Virus record (IMG/VR): IMGVR_UViG_3300025018_000395
Location: 1-31,326 of that record
DNA: 31,326 nt
Strand: one strand, 5' to 3'
Source: a virus
Taxonomy: Duplodnaviria > Caudoviricetes
The notes below the pieces were generated by a model that was not told where the DNA came from, made no database searches, and was given only the letters and a program-made list of their open reading frames with translations. A program made the position numbers and the translations under genes. Within the stretch, counting starts at the first letter, position 1; every line of letters starts with the position of its first letter. Below are positions 18,143 through 27,553 of the stretch, in pieces.

Positions 18143-19333
18143 CTAAACAGGTAAAATGCCTTTTAAAATTCCATTTTGTCTACGTGCAGTTGTAGCAAAT
18201 TCCATGTCACAAACGAGAGTCGCTTCATAGGATTCAGTAGCACCCGCACCAACTTGACGAGCAAGGATGTTTCCGTCTTCTTGCATCCAATCAAAATCAG
18301 CCATGCGGTAGATTTTTAATGTGTCCATAGACAAGAAAAACATTCTTGTTGCTGTGTCATTAGATTGACAATGTTTATCCACGGTTATTGGAATACCGTT
18401 AAAATCGATATACTCAAAACCGCCTTTTAATTTTGTAGGCGCAGGATTACTAAAGCGCACCTGACTTGAAAGAATGTTTATATATGCATTCCTTCCTTCG
18501 TGAGAAGTAATAATAAAATCTACTTTCCCGCCTTTTTTGTCACATGCATCAATCACTTGTTGCATATCAGATTGTGTTAATGCAACTGGGGCAGAATCAT
18601 TACCATAAACATTGCCTTTCCACTCTGAATAAGATGCAGTTGTAATACCTTCAAGTGTTCCAGTATTATTGGTGATTAATGCCAATCCATTTAATTCATC
18701 CGTAGTACCAACGCCAGACAAAGTAATAGGGTCACTACCAGCAGCAGTTACAGTTGCCGCTGCTGTGAATACTGTTGAAGAATCTACCGATGAAATCAGT
18801 ATTGCAACAGAAGATCCACCGCCACCAGCATTAAAATCAATATACATGCCGGCCTGAAGATACTGTGTAGAGTCGACGGTGATTGTAGTTGTACCAGTTC
18901 CAGAAGCATAAGTCGCCAATGTTCCTGATCCATCTAAATAAAGCTGTCTGTTAATATCATTGGCTAAGTCTTTGGTCATCCCTTCTATTTCAGAAGTTGC
19001 TGCTCTTAGAAATGCGCCCTTGTCTGTTTTTGTTGCACGAATGGTTTTTCCATCAAATTGAACTCTGCCATAAACATCTTTGGTAGCAAAGCTTGTTGAT
19101 TTATATTGTTGGTTTCTAGCAGTTGGAAGCGTACCTGTTCCAGTTGTTCCTCTTGCTCCAATGCCCCAATTTCTTCCGGTATGAAGTGGAAGTACAACAG
19201 AAGATCCAACGACTTCCTTTGTAGATTTTTTTAACTGTGTTAATAATACAGTAGCGTTGTTTAATTGTTCTCGAATTGGTCCAATATAGTCATTTTTGAG
19301 GACCGATGCGAGTGTTGACATAGTTGTTGACAT
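18143..19333 (-). CDS. Major capsid protein
   Basis: 396 aa after portal and scaffold; strong GGAGGT RBS. HK97-fold-type signatures EIEGMTKDLANDINRQLYLDG, ELNGL and FNGIPITVD. Confidence 0.85.
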   Translation of the reverse strand: MSTTMSTLASVLKNDYIGPIREQLNNATVLLTQLKKSTKEVVGSSVVLPLHTGRNWGIGARGTTGTGTLPTARNQQYKSTSFATKDVYGRVQFDGKTIRATKTDKGAFLRAATSEIEGMTKDLANDINRQLYLDGSGTLATYASGTGTTTITVDSTQYLQAGMYIDFNAGGGGSSVAILISSVDSSTVFTAAATVTAAGSDPITLSGVGTTDELNGLALITNNTGTLEGITTASYSEWKGNVYGNDSAPVALTQSDMQQVIDACDKKGGKVDFIITSHEGRNAYINILSSQVRFSNPAPTKLKGGFEYIDFNGIPITVDKHCQSNDTATRMFFLSMDTLKIYRMADFDWMQEDGNILARQVGAGATESYEATLVCDMEFATTARRQNGILKGILPV

Positions 19334-19345
19334 AATTACCTCCGA

Positions 19346-20338
19346 TTAAATATCAACGCCAAAAACACTGCTTAGGCGTTGATTAACTTCGTCAAATGTT
19401 TTAGATGGTCTTGATTCTAAAGGAATGCTATTTCCAGAAGGCTTTTGCACTTTCTGTTTTTGTTTATCCTTTAAATTGTTTATATAATTGTTGTATTTAT
19501 CATCAATCATAGATTGAACTTTAACATTCATTTGTTTTGCAATATCTTCTATCGCCATGTTTTCTAACGATTTATTGGATGCCAATTCAACCAAAAGATG
19601 ATGTTTTTCAACATTAGGATATTTTGACAGTGCGCTGTCAATTTCACTTTCCAGTGTTTGTAATTGTTGATTATAAACAATATCCTGCTCTTGCTTAATC
19701 TTGTCATAATGAATTTTATTCAATGTTGATTCAATCTGTGAAATTTTATTCTGGAACACTCCAAACTGTTGTGCATAAGGATCAATCTGTTTTGATTGAA
19801 CTGGTTCACCAAGTTCTTTTTTCCATTCAATAAATTCATTCCACTCATTTGCGGGAATATTATTAATCTTTAATCCATTAACTAGAAGATCATGTGGATG
19901 AAATGCCGACAACAATAATTGATCAGAATAATGATGTCTTAATGCGCGAGGGTCTTTCATAATTTGTTCATGTGCATTGATAATATCCAATGACTGTTCT
20001 CTTTGTTCTGCTATTTGCTGAGTTTTCTTTGTGTAATCACTTTCACGCAAAAAACTCCTTTCCAATTCTTTGAGATGCTCGGCTGTAATTTTGTCACCAA
20101 GTTTTAATGACATATTTTTGCTGAGTTCAAATGTTGGAATGTTTTCTGGAACCTCTGCATTTGGTGTTTCATTTTTGACTTCCATTCCATCATCAACAGC
20201 TTCTTTGTCTTTGTCGTCAAATGCATTCATAACATTCTTTTCCAGCTCTTCGCTATCAAAAGAATTTATTTTATCTTCATTTTCTTCCAAAGTTTCTTCT
20301 GCTGAATCTGGCGCGTTGTCCAATAATTCGTCTTCCAT
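19346..20338 (-). CDS. Capsid scaffolding protein
   Basis: Acidic N-terminus, ELERSFLRESDYTKKTQQIA motif, coiled coil; between portal and capsid. Confidence 0.8.
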   Translation of the reverse strand: MEDELLDNAPDSAEETLEENEDKINSFDSEELEKNVMNAFDDKDKEAVDDGMEVKNETPNAEVPENIPTFELSKNMSLKLGDKITAEHLKELERSFLRESDYTKKTQQIAEQREQSLDIINAHEQIMKDPRALRHHYSDQLLLSAFHPHDLLVNGLKINNIPANEWNEFIEWKKELGEPVQSKQIDPYAQQFGVFQNKISQIESTLNKIHYDKIKQEQDIVYNQQLQTLESEIDSALSKYPNVEKHHLLVELASNKSLENMAIEDIAKQMNVKVQSMIDDKYNNYINNLKDKQKQKVQKPSGNSIPLESRPSKTFDEVNQRLSSVFGVDI

Positions 20339-20368
20339 TCTTTACCCCTTTCCCAGTCTCAATATTGA

Positions 20369-22459
20369 TTACGCGTTAGGGCCAACCATAGGCGAAACAG
20401 GTCCTTGTTGTGAGGGTGCCTGCTGTGGTTGAGCAGTGCCCTGTTGCATATTCATTTGATTTTGAGGTGCTGGCTTGTTATTAATCCCCATAAAATTTTC
20501 ATGCATTTTGGCATGATAGTCTATAGATTGTCTCTGTGTATCACTAAATGAGCGATACCGTGGAGATCGTCTAAGCTTATTGTGTTCGTCTAAATGTGCC
20601 TGATGATCTTCAAAATACAACGCATCGATTGAATATATTGTCATCCCTGTTTCAGGATCAACGAGAGGTTTCAAGTTTAGGAATTCTGTCAACAATTTGT
20701 TTTCAATCCTTGCCTGTGCGCTACTCTGATTTTCGTCCTCATATAATTCAGAAATGTTCCCAAATTCCAATAATTGAAGCAATATTTTGTTTGTTTTTGG
20801 ATCATCTTTTTTTCCTAAAATACCCCTGTCATAAATATCCATTATCACTTCTTGTTGCACTCTTTTATTCGATGCGATAATGTTTTCTGACTGTATTCTT
20901 ACGTCTTTGTTTAAAGATTTTATCTCTTGTTCACTTATTTTCACCTGCTCAATGTCAAGAACAGAATCACCAGTTATCTGCAATGTTCGTTCTTCTGATT
21001 GGTATAATTCATAAAGTTTTAATATCTTTATTCCAAGTCTTTCAAGACCTCTAAATAATGACATTTTATTTGGTGCAAGCCTTGTATCATCCTGCTCTTG
21101 CAACGCCATGATTGCCTTACCAGATTTTATACCAGAAGGAACCTGTGCATTGGACACCTCATGCATGCCAGACACATCTTCGAAAGCATTATCAAATAAA
21201 TGAATTAAATTAATTACATAACTTGGCACCTCAGCTGGTTGCAATTGATGTGGTTCGAATCCGGAATTAAACTCGACGATTTCATTTCCAGTATCATCAT
21301 ATGAAGTCTTTGTCATTCCATGGCCTTTTGGAGCCATTAACTTAGTATTTCCCATTGCATTTGCATTTTCCATTAATTGCGAAAATGACTTATTATATCC
21401 TTTTTGGATCGGGGTTGCATTTTCCATGCTCCCCATTCCCCAGAAGCATCCTGAAATATCAATGTCTTTAAATTGAACCAAAGGGATGTCGTCTTTATCA
21501 TATGGCATTGGTCCGCTTTCCAGCAAAACGCCATTTGCATAAATTACCATTCTCCCTTTAGGATATTTTTTAGAACTTTTTTCGAATAATGTTTTTAATG
21601 TGGCAAGTTTTTCTTCAGATTTATATTCAGGTGAAAAATACTCATTTGTCACCCCGACCATTGCCTGAAGTTTTCTTTGATATGTAGCTCTTGTTTTAAG
21701 GTCTTTTTCTTCTTTTACTTCTTCGCCTTTTTCAGGCCATCTCATTTGAATTTCATCCAATGTCATAGATTGTTGAATAATTACCCATCTAGATGATTCA
21801 ATATCAGAAGCCATTCCATCGTTTACAACATCAAAAGGAACAACGATGTCGATGGCGACATCACCAATCGACATTGTCTCCATGATTCTTTCACCAGTAT
21901 CGTCGATAATATAGCCTTCCTCGTCTATGTGATAGGGCTCATCTCCGTTTATTGGTCCTTCATGGCGTTTATAAACAGGGATTTCTGGACCTTTGTTAAT
22001 GTCCCATCGTGGCATCAAAAATATTGTACCACAATCCACGTTCCATCCCTCAAGTTTCACAATCTTTTCTGGCATTTTTTCATTTTGCCAAACCCAATCT
22101 AAAAGCTTTGTCCCTTTTCTTGCAAGGTCTTTATCTTCTTCTTGAGGTGAAGCTGGAACACATTCTAATCTTGGAATGTCTTTTATTATTTTAGATAATC
22201 TTGTTTGATGAATACCAAGCATTTTATTTATAACCATCCTCACCCTACCTTCAGAAGATGGGTTATAGTTAATTTTCTTGGTTATTCTGTTATATTGTGC
22301 CCATTGTAACCCTTTGCGCATTGCAATATTCATAAGCCACTGCTGATGAAAAGATTCCAGCAGTGGCTCTGCATTCTTAATTTTTTTTTCTATATCAGAA
22401 ATAATTTCGAGTTCATCAATATGTTCGGCATCATCCAATATAGATTCTAATTCAATCAT
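20369..22459 (-). CDS. Portal protein (P22-like)
   Basis: 696 aa. RMVINKM, VPFDV, FWGMGSMEN..PIQK.YN, FEDVSGMHEVS and SGKAIMALQEQDD motifs; Q/P-rich C-terminal tail. Confidence 0.9.
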   Translation of the reverse strand: MIELESILDDAEHIDELEIISDIEKKIKNAEPLLESFHQQWLMNIAMRKGLQWAQYNRITKKINYNPSSEGRVRMVINKMLGIHQTRLSKIIKDIPRLECVPASPQEEDKDLARKGTKLLDWVWQNEKMPEKIVKLEGWNVDCGTIFLMPRWDINKGPEIPVYKRHEGPINGDEPYHIDEEGYIIDDTGERIMETMSIGDVAIDIVVPFDVVNDGMASDIESSRWVIIQQSMTLDEIQMRWPEKGEEVKEEKDLKTRATYQRKLQAMVGVTNEYFSPEYKSEEKLATLKTLFEKSSKKYPKGRMVIYANGVLLESGPMPYDKDDIPLVQFKDIDISGCFWGMGSMENATPIQKGYNKSFSQLMENANAMGNTKLMAPKGHGMTKTSYDDTGNEIVEFNSGFEPHQLQPAEVPSYVINLIHLFDNAFEDVSGMHEVSNAQVPSGIKSGKAIMALQEQDDTRLAPNKMSLFRGLERLGIKILKLYELYQSEERTLQITGDSVLDIEQVKISEQEIKSLNKDVRIQSENIIASNKRVQQEVIMDIYDRGILGKKDDPKTNKILLQLLEFGNISELYEDENQSSAQARIENKLLTEFLNLKPLVDPETGMTIYSIDALYFEDHQAHLDEHNKLRRSPRYRSFSDTQRQSIDYHAKMHENFMGINNKPAPQNQMNMQQGTAQPQQAPSQQGPVSPMVGPNA

Positions 22460-22692
22460 TCTTTCATTGCCTTCTTAGGTTTACCCATACCAATTATAAT
22501 CGCGAGACCTTTATCATGTGCAGTGTCAAAGTCTTTAATTTTATTTTTCTCTTCATCACTCATATCGCCAGCATTCTCTTCATGATCATCTTCTTCCGGA
22601 TCAATTTCCATTTGTTCGCAATTACTCTCGATTAATTTTTTATCTTCATCTGATAATTTATCAAATGTTGATTTGTCGACAATGTATTTCAT
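22456..22692 (-). CDS. Small acidic hypothetical protein
   Basis: ATGA overlap with the portal gene; D/E-rich. Confidence 0.6.
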   Translation of the reverse strand: MKYIVDKSTFDKLSDEDKKLIESNCEQMEIDPEEDDHEENAGDMSDEEKNKIKDFDTAHDKGLAIIIGMGKPKKAMKE

Positions 22693-22700
22693 ATAATCCC

Positions 22701-24572
22701 CTATGAACCGTAAATTGTTGCTTCAACGCTTACGGTTGATTGATCTGTGCCATTTCCAACCTCCGCTGCCGAAGCAGCGGTAATCGAATGAGTATGGGTT
22801 GCTTCGGCAGCGTTTGATCCTGTGGGTGATGTGCCAGGATTTGCCCATTCCGGAAATGCTACCATTGACATTGCCAATGTAGATACAGCTGAGGTTTCAT
22901 TCGTTGTAATTGTATTTAAATTAGGATTCCAAACAGCAACTCCATCGGATGCGGATTGACTTGGTCCAGCCAATAACATGGCGTGATTTACTCCACCGCC
23001 CTCTTCAGCTACAACATGGACTCCGTGACCAGGAATTAATAAGCCATCGTAGTTGACTGGTGTTCTTGTAATTGTCTGAGCTGCTGCTACACCAAGATTT
23101 CCAGAAACCGCATACAGGTAATTGTTTCCAAGGACTGTAACGTCTGCGGCTGGAACTGTTCCACCAGCGGCACCTGTATCAACAAAACATAATTGTGCAT
23201 CTGCGGCACCATTGTCATCAAAATATAATGGCTTGTAAGTAGCTGCACTCGCGTCATGCTTTACAAGGACCCTGCATGCATGACCAGGAATCCCACCTGC
23301 GGCCATTTCAAAAGGCATCACAACATAACAATCTGTTTCACTTACAAAATTAGCACTCAATTGATCTGACGCCGATTCATTAATGTAAATTTGGACACCA
23401 GCTGGTGTTAAATTGTGTTTTACAAAAAACCTACAAGATGCGGCAACGCCACCACCAATTCCATTTGCTGTTTCACCTAAAACATCTGTGGTTGCGTTGC
23501 AATTTGATTGCAATACACCAATATTCGTTTGAGAATCACCATATCCCTCTACAATAAAAAGAGGGTTTGCGGATAAAACCCCGACAGGATCTGCATTATG
23601 TGTCAATGCAATAGTTGGTTTCGTAGAAGCACTTGTGTCGCTTTCATAAAAAGGACTCACATTACTTATTGCATTTGTAATTGAATATCCCTTCTCACTC
23701 AGATATCCAACTTCAGAAATCAACGTGATGTCAGTATCGTCAATAAATTGACTCGTAGAAGTTAATGCTGAGAATGGAACAAATGTTACTTTCAATGAGT
23801 TCCCGTCAATGCCAGCGTTAGTGTCAATAGAAGTGTTCCCAGCGTCATTAATATCTAATGCATATTCACCTGCGCCAGGTGCTTCCCCTGAAGGGATAGG
23901 AGTAAGAACTGTTCCGCCGGTACTGTCATAAACATATTGTACCAATGCGGCTCTTGTTGATAAATTCACCTTAGATGCGCTTGCAATAACAGGTTCATCT
24001 ACAATTAGATTATTTGTTGAGAATAATGTTCCAGATCGTTGTGTGAAATAAGTTACTCTGACAGAAGTTACAGCATCGGCCGCAGCGAAAGTTAAGGCGC
24101 CAGTTGTAACGTTTACAGCACATTGTGTGGTAATAGGAGTTTCCCCATTTGGAATTACGCTAAATGCACCTGTAACACCACCAGCGGTAACATCTATTGC
24201 TGTAATATACCTAGGTGCTTTTGCTAACGTACCAACATTTGCCGTAACGGTAACGACTTCTTCAACAATCAATGGCTTAGAATCGGCGTTACCAGTAAAT
24301 GCATGATTATGTGAAGTCCCAGCGGAAGTAGTACCAGTTGAAGAACCGCCACTATATAATTTTATTTTTTTGTTTGTTTTGTCATGTTCAAATATCTTTC
24401 CACTAATCGATTCACCAAATTCAACTGATTCAACAATTGATAATCCAAACAATGACGCTAAATAGGATTCTCCTCCGGATGGATAAGAACTATCAAAATT
24501 AATAGTCCCATTTGCGATTCGTCCCAATGAAGTCACTTTTACGGGCGAAGTTGCTGTAAATGTTAAAGCCAT
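22701..24572 (-). CDS. Virion decoration/fibre-like protein with a large internal insertion
   Basis: N-terminal FDSSYPSGGE...FGL...FEHDKTNKKIKLY and C-terminal AEVGNGTDQSTVSVEATIYG resemble two halves of a small phage structural protein. About 500 aa of beta-rich sequence lies between. AGGAG RBS. Confidence 0.6.
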   Translation of the reverse strand: MALTFTATSPVKVTSLGRIANGTINFDSSYPSGGESYLASLFGLSIVESVEFGESISGKIFEHDKTNKKIKLYSGGSSTGTTSAGTSHNHAFTGNADSKPLIVEEVVTVTANVGTLAKAPRYITAIDVTAGGVTGAFSVIPNGETPITTQCAVNVTTGALTFAAADAVTSVRVTYFTQRSGTLFSTNNLIVDEPVIASASKVNLSTRAALVQYVYDSTGGTVLTPIPSGEAPGAGEYALDINDAGNTSIDTNAGIDGNSLKVTFVPFSALTSTSQFIDDTDITLISEVGYLSEKGYSITNAISNVSPFYESDTSASTKPTIALTHNADPVGVLSANPLFIVEGYGDSQTNIGVLQSNCNATTDVLGETANGIGGGVAASCRFFVKHNLTPAGVQIYINESASDQLSANFVSETDCYVVMPFEMAAGGIPGHACRVLVKHDASAATYKPLYFDDNGAADAQLCFVDTGAAGGTVPAADVTVLGNNYLYAVSGNLGVAAAQTITRTPVNYDGLLIPGHGVHVVAEEGGGVNHAMLLAGPSQSASDGVAVWNPNLNTITTNETSAVSTLAMSMVAFPEWANPGTSPTGSNAAEATHTHSITAASAAEVGNGTDQSTVSVEATIYGS

Positions 24573-24586
24573 GATATATTCTCCTT

Positions 24587-24805
24587 TTAATAATTTGAAC
24601 CTAAGACAGGATCATTAATTGATTCCTTTTTTTTAGTATCAATTGAGGTTTCAATTTTTTTATTTTTGTAAATAGAATATTCTTTGTAATCTTTTGACAT
24701 TATTTTATCTGTCAATTCCTTGACGATTTTACTGTAAATAATGAACATAAAAGATATGAATAGTAATAGAAATGCAATAATTGAGCTAAGAATTATTTCA
24801 ATCAT
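24587..24805 (-). CDS. Small single-pass membrane protein
   Basis: N-terminal hydrophobic helix of about 22 residues, then KELTDKIMSKDYKEY. Confidence 0.65.
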   Translation of the reverse strand: MIEIILSSIIAFLLLFISFMFIIYSKIVKELTDKIMSKDYKEYSIYKNKKIETSIDTKKKESINDPVLGSNY

Positions 24806-24823
24806 TTTAACCCATAAAAATAA

Positions 24824-26239
24824 TTACCAATCTTTTCCAAGAATATTATCATAATTTTTGTTTATTTGTCTAGATAATTTTCTCTTATGTTTTTCATGCC
24901 ATATATGCACTCTTTCGTCATAACTTAAAATTTTTCCGTCTGCGACAGGAATGGTTGTCCTTGGCCTTGACATTAACCCATATCTAAGCATGTCATAGCA
25001 GTCGTCTCCGCCAAATGGATCTGCATCTGTGGCGTTTACCTTTTTAACATCTTCTGGTCTTTTATCATCGTGAATCATCCGTGTTATCGTATCAATAGTA
25101 TGAGTACAATTCTCAAGAATGAAAAGTCTAGGGCCAACTGTTCCGTTTGGCATATTTTTATAAGCTAAAAACGATCTCACATGAGCTGCTCCTTGGATTC
25201 TGTCTATATTTGCCTTTTTCATATAGCACCCAAGTTTGCTAAATTGATCTGAAATTGTTGGTCCACCATCTCTTTGTATTGACCAAAGATCATGCCCGCC
25301 ATCAATATATTCGAGATTTTTAGAATCAGGATAATCGTAAATCATAGTATGGATTTCTTCCGGCCTCTTACCTCTAACAACAAGTTCACGATATAAAAAC
25401 ACTTTTCCCTCTTCATCGCATGCGAACCATCCAAAAACAGCCGGATGGGTATAACCTGAATCATATGCACCAAACCTTATCCAATGTTTTTCCATGGGAA
25501 AGTCTGCTTTTAATACATGAACATCCCTATTAAATTCATTAAAAAATTGCCCTGCAAAAACATCCCAATCACCATAAAGATAAGCGCGCCTTAACATATC
25601 GTTAGGCTCTGCCTCTAATCTGGAAATATAACCAGGGTCGTTTTCCATTAAAAATGGATTGTCGTAGACGGTAGATTTAATAAATTTGTAGTCTTCTGGT
25701 ATTTCTTTTGCTTTAAATTGCTTATCTATAAATAGTCTTTTCAGCCATTTATGGCCAATTCCTCCTGGATTTCCAGTCAATATAGTTACTGGTATTATAC
25801 CTTGTTTGCTGGTTCTGTTTGATCCTCTTAGTGTATGGAATGTTGAAAACTCCCATTGTCCTGCCTCATCGATGGCAATTATTTCATACTCTCGACCCTG
25901 ATACAAGTAGACGTCTTCATATCGTTGGCAATAACAAAACTCTATTATTGACATGTTAGGCAATCGGATAATGTGTTCTGATTTATTGTAATATGGCCTA
26001 AGTTCTGGATGCTCAATTAGAATTTTGTCGATGTGATTTGATCGAAGTTCTGGATATGTTCTCCTGAATATTGCTATTGATATTCCTGGATTTTCAAGTG
26101 CCATCAAATATAAAATTGTCCTTAGACCATGAGATTTGCCTCCTCCTTTAGCACCACCAAAAAAAATAACGGAGTGTGTTTTCAACGAATCATATAGTTG
26201 AATTTGCTTGCTTGTAAGTCTTATTCTTTTAACTTCCAA
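24824..26239 (-). CDS. terL: Terminase large subunit
   Basis: Walker A GGAKGGGKS, Walker B IAIDEA, coupling motif TGNPGGIGH, nuclease residues YDSG..HP and DDCYDMLRYG. TTG start. Confidence 0.95.
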   Translation of the reverse strand: MEVKRIRLTSKQIQLYDSLKTHSVIFFGGAKGGGKSHGLRTILYLMALENPGISIAIFRRTYPELRSNHIDKILIEHPELRPYYNKSEHIIRLPNMSIIEFCYCQRYEDVYLYQGREYEIIAIDEAGQWEFSTFHTLRGSNRTSKQGIIPVTILTGNPGGIGHKWLKRLFIDKQFKAKEIPEDYKFIKSTVYDNPFLMENDPGYISRLEAEPNDMLRRAYLYGDWDVFAGQFFNEFNRDVHVLKADFPMEKHWIRFGAYDSGYTHPAVFGWFACDEEGKVFLYRELVVRGKRPEEIHTMIYDYPDSKNLEYIDGGHDLWSIQRDGGPTISDQFSKLGCYMKKANIDRIQGAAHVRSFLAYKNMPNGTVGPRLFILENCTHTIDTITRMIHDDKRPEDVKKVNATDADPFGGDDCYDMLRYGLMSRPRTTIPVADGKILSYDERVHIWHEKHKRKLSRQINKNYDNILGKDW

Positions 26240-26240
26240 G

Positions 26241-26546
26241 TCAGCCTTCCTTTGGTTTGGAATCGTATCTTTCTATGATTATCTTGAACGGTTTTTCTTG
26301 ATTTATATTGAGATCTTGTTTTTCTAGTCCGGCATATTTGAGGGCTTTACTCGCTGCATTTATAGCACTTGGCATATCATGAAATCTGTCTTTCATTGCA
26401 TCAACCAAAGTTTCTATTGCAAGATCCTCGGTTTTATCAATAAGTTTTTTGCGTATACGATTAAGTGTGGCTTCTAGGTCATCCGATATTTTTTCGAACT
26501 CCTCACTCATCTGTTCTTTTGTTATGTTTTTTTTACTAGATTTCAT
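26241..26546 (-). CDS. Putative terminase small subunit
   Basis: Helical 101-aa protein directly upstream of terL, with a C-terminal KIIIERY strand. Confidence 0.6.
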   Translation of the reverse strand: MKSSKKNITKEQMSEEFEKISDDLEATLNRIRKKLIDKTEDLAIETLVDAMKDRFHDMPSAINAASKALKYAGLEKQDLNINQEKPFKIIIERYDSKPKEG

Positions 26547-26550
26547 TATA

Positions 26551-26596
26551 TTTACATGTTAACATGAACTAATACAAAATGTCAAATGGTTGACAC
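26551..26596. promoter_or_regulatory. Divergent control region with two palindromes and a candidate late promoter
   Basis: CATGTTAACATG (26555-26566) and TGTCAA-N4-TTGACA (26580-26595). Minus strand reads TTGACA, 18 bp, TAACAT with a TGn extension. Confidence 0.55.
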
Positions 26597-26830
26597 ATGA
26601 AATTGCTTATTACCATTCTTGGAATTTTTATTGCATTAATAAAATATGTTATAGACAAGGTTACTCCAGATAGAGGCATTGATTGGACATGGGGACAAAT
26701 AAACGAAAAGACAAAAGAAATAAAAACTGCACTGAGAGAAAATGATCACATACAAGCCCAAAAACTATATGAAGAGCTTGTAAGCAAGTATAAATTGTAT
26801 AAAAAAATTAAACTTAAAAACAAGAGGTGA
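26597..26830 (+). CDS. N-terminally anchored helical membrane protein (possible i-spanin-like)
   Basis: MKLLITILGIFIALIKYVI followed by helices; first gene of a coupled plus-strand trio. Confidence 0.5.
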   Translation: MKLLITILGIFIALIKYVIDKVTPDRGIDWTWGQINEKTKEIKTALRENDHIQAQKLYEELVSKYKLYKKIKLKNKR

Positions 26831-26832
26831 TT

Positions 26833-27021
26833 ATGTCAACATTGATTACTTTTTTATCAGGCAAGAAAACTTTTATCGTTTCATTGCTCATATTTGTTGT
26901 TTCAATTCTGAAATATATGGGAATTGTTGATGAACAAACTTTTCAGTTTTTAATTGGATTATTGGGTTCCGGCGGGTTTATCACAGCAAGATTGGCAATC
27001 AAAAAAATTGAAAAAAAATGA
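26833..27021 (+). CDS. Two-TM holin-like protein
   Basis: LSGKKTFIVSLLIFVVSIL...FLIGLLGSGGFITARLAIKK with a basic C-terminus; GAGGT RBS before ATG 26833. Confidence 0.6.
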   Translation: MSTLITFLSGKKTFIVSLLIFVVSILKYMGIVDEQTFQFLIGLLGSGGFITARLAIKKIEKK

Positions 27022-27332
27022 AAATTGTATCCATGTTATTTCTTCTGTCACTATTATCATGCACTCCAAAAAATCTTGATTTTGATTATATAAGGTTGCA
27101 AGATCGAGTGTTTATTGGTGATGCTACCATTTGCACAGATAAAACACACATATTAGTTCCTGATGAATTAATAAAATTATGTTACGAAGTAAATGTAAGG
27201 ATTGTTTGCAAGAAGACTGAATGCTTTAATGGAACTCATTGCTTAATCAATGATGCTGATTATATTTATTGCTTATCTAATTTATTCAGCAACCTAATCG
27301 ACTTTGCAAACTCGTCTGACGCATCGCTATAG
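27018..27332 (+). CDS. Cys-rich lipoprotein (possible o-spanin-like or exclusion protein)
   Basis: Signal peptide with lipobox LLS-C15 and six further Cys; ATGA overlap with the upstream gene. Confidence 0.6.
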   Translation: MKIVSMLFLLSLLSCTPKNLDFDYIRLQDRVFIGDATICTDKTHILVPDELIKLCYEVNVRIVCKKTECFNGTHCLINDADYIYCLSNLFSNLIDFANSSDASL

Positions 27333-27553
27333 AGTGGCCGGTTTTTCCCAATATACTTCACCCATCTTTCAATGATGGCTTTTTTGACAATTACACGATG
27401 ATTTCTTGCATGTCCTAGTTTTGATAATGGAATCTTACAAATCGTATGATGCCATTTTTTGACAGTGTTAGCAGAAACCCCGATATATTCACCTATTTGC
27501 CGCCATGTAATTAAAAACGGGCTGTTTTTATTTATTGGTGTTTTTTTCATCAT
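27266..27553 (-). CDS. HTH DNA-binding protein (excisionase/MerR-like)
   Basis: ITWRQIGEYIGVSANTVKKW...IP...RVIVKKAIIERW. Confidence 0.65.
   Translation of the reverse strand: MMKKTPINKNSPFLITWRQIGEYIGVSANTVKKWHHTICKIPLSKLGHARNHRVIVKKAIIERWVKYIGKNRPLYSDASDEFAKSIRLLNKLDKQ

Noticed and set aside
183-22194. Many plus-strand and alternate-frame ORFs in the track (for example 3570-3956, 6708-7304, 8133-8489, 10894-11229, 20070-20432)
   Set aside because: They lie inside well-supported minus-strand genes, lack RBSs and show the S/L/F-rich composition of antisense shadow frames.
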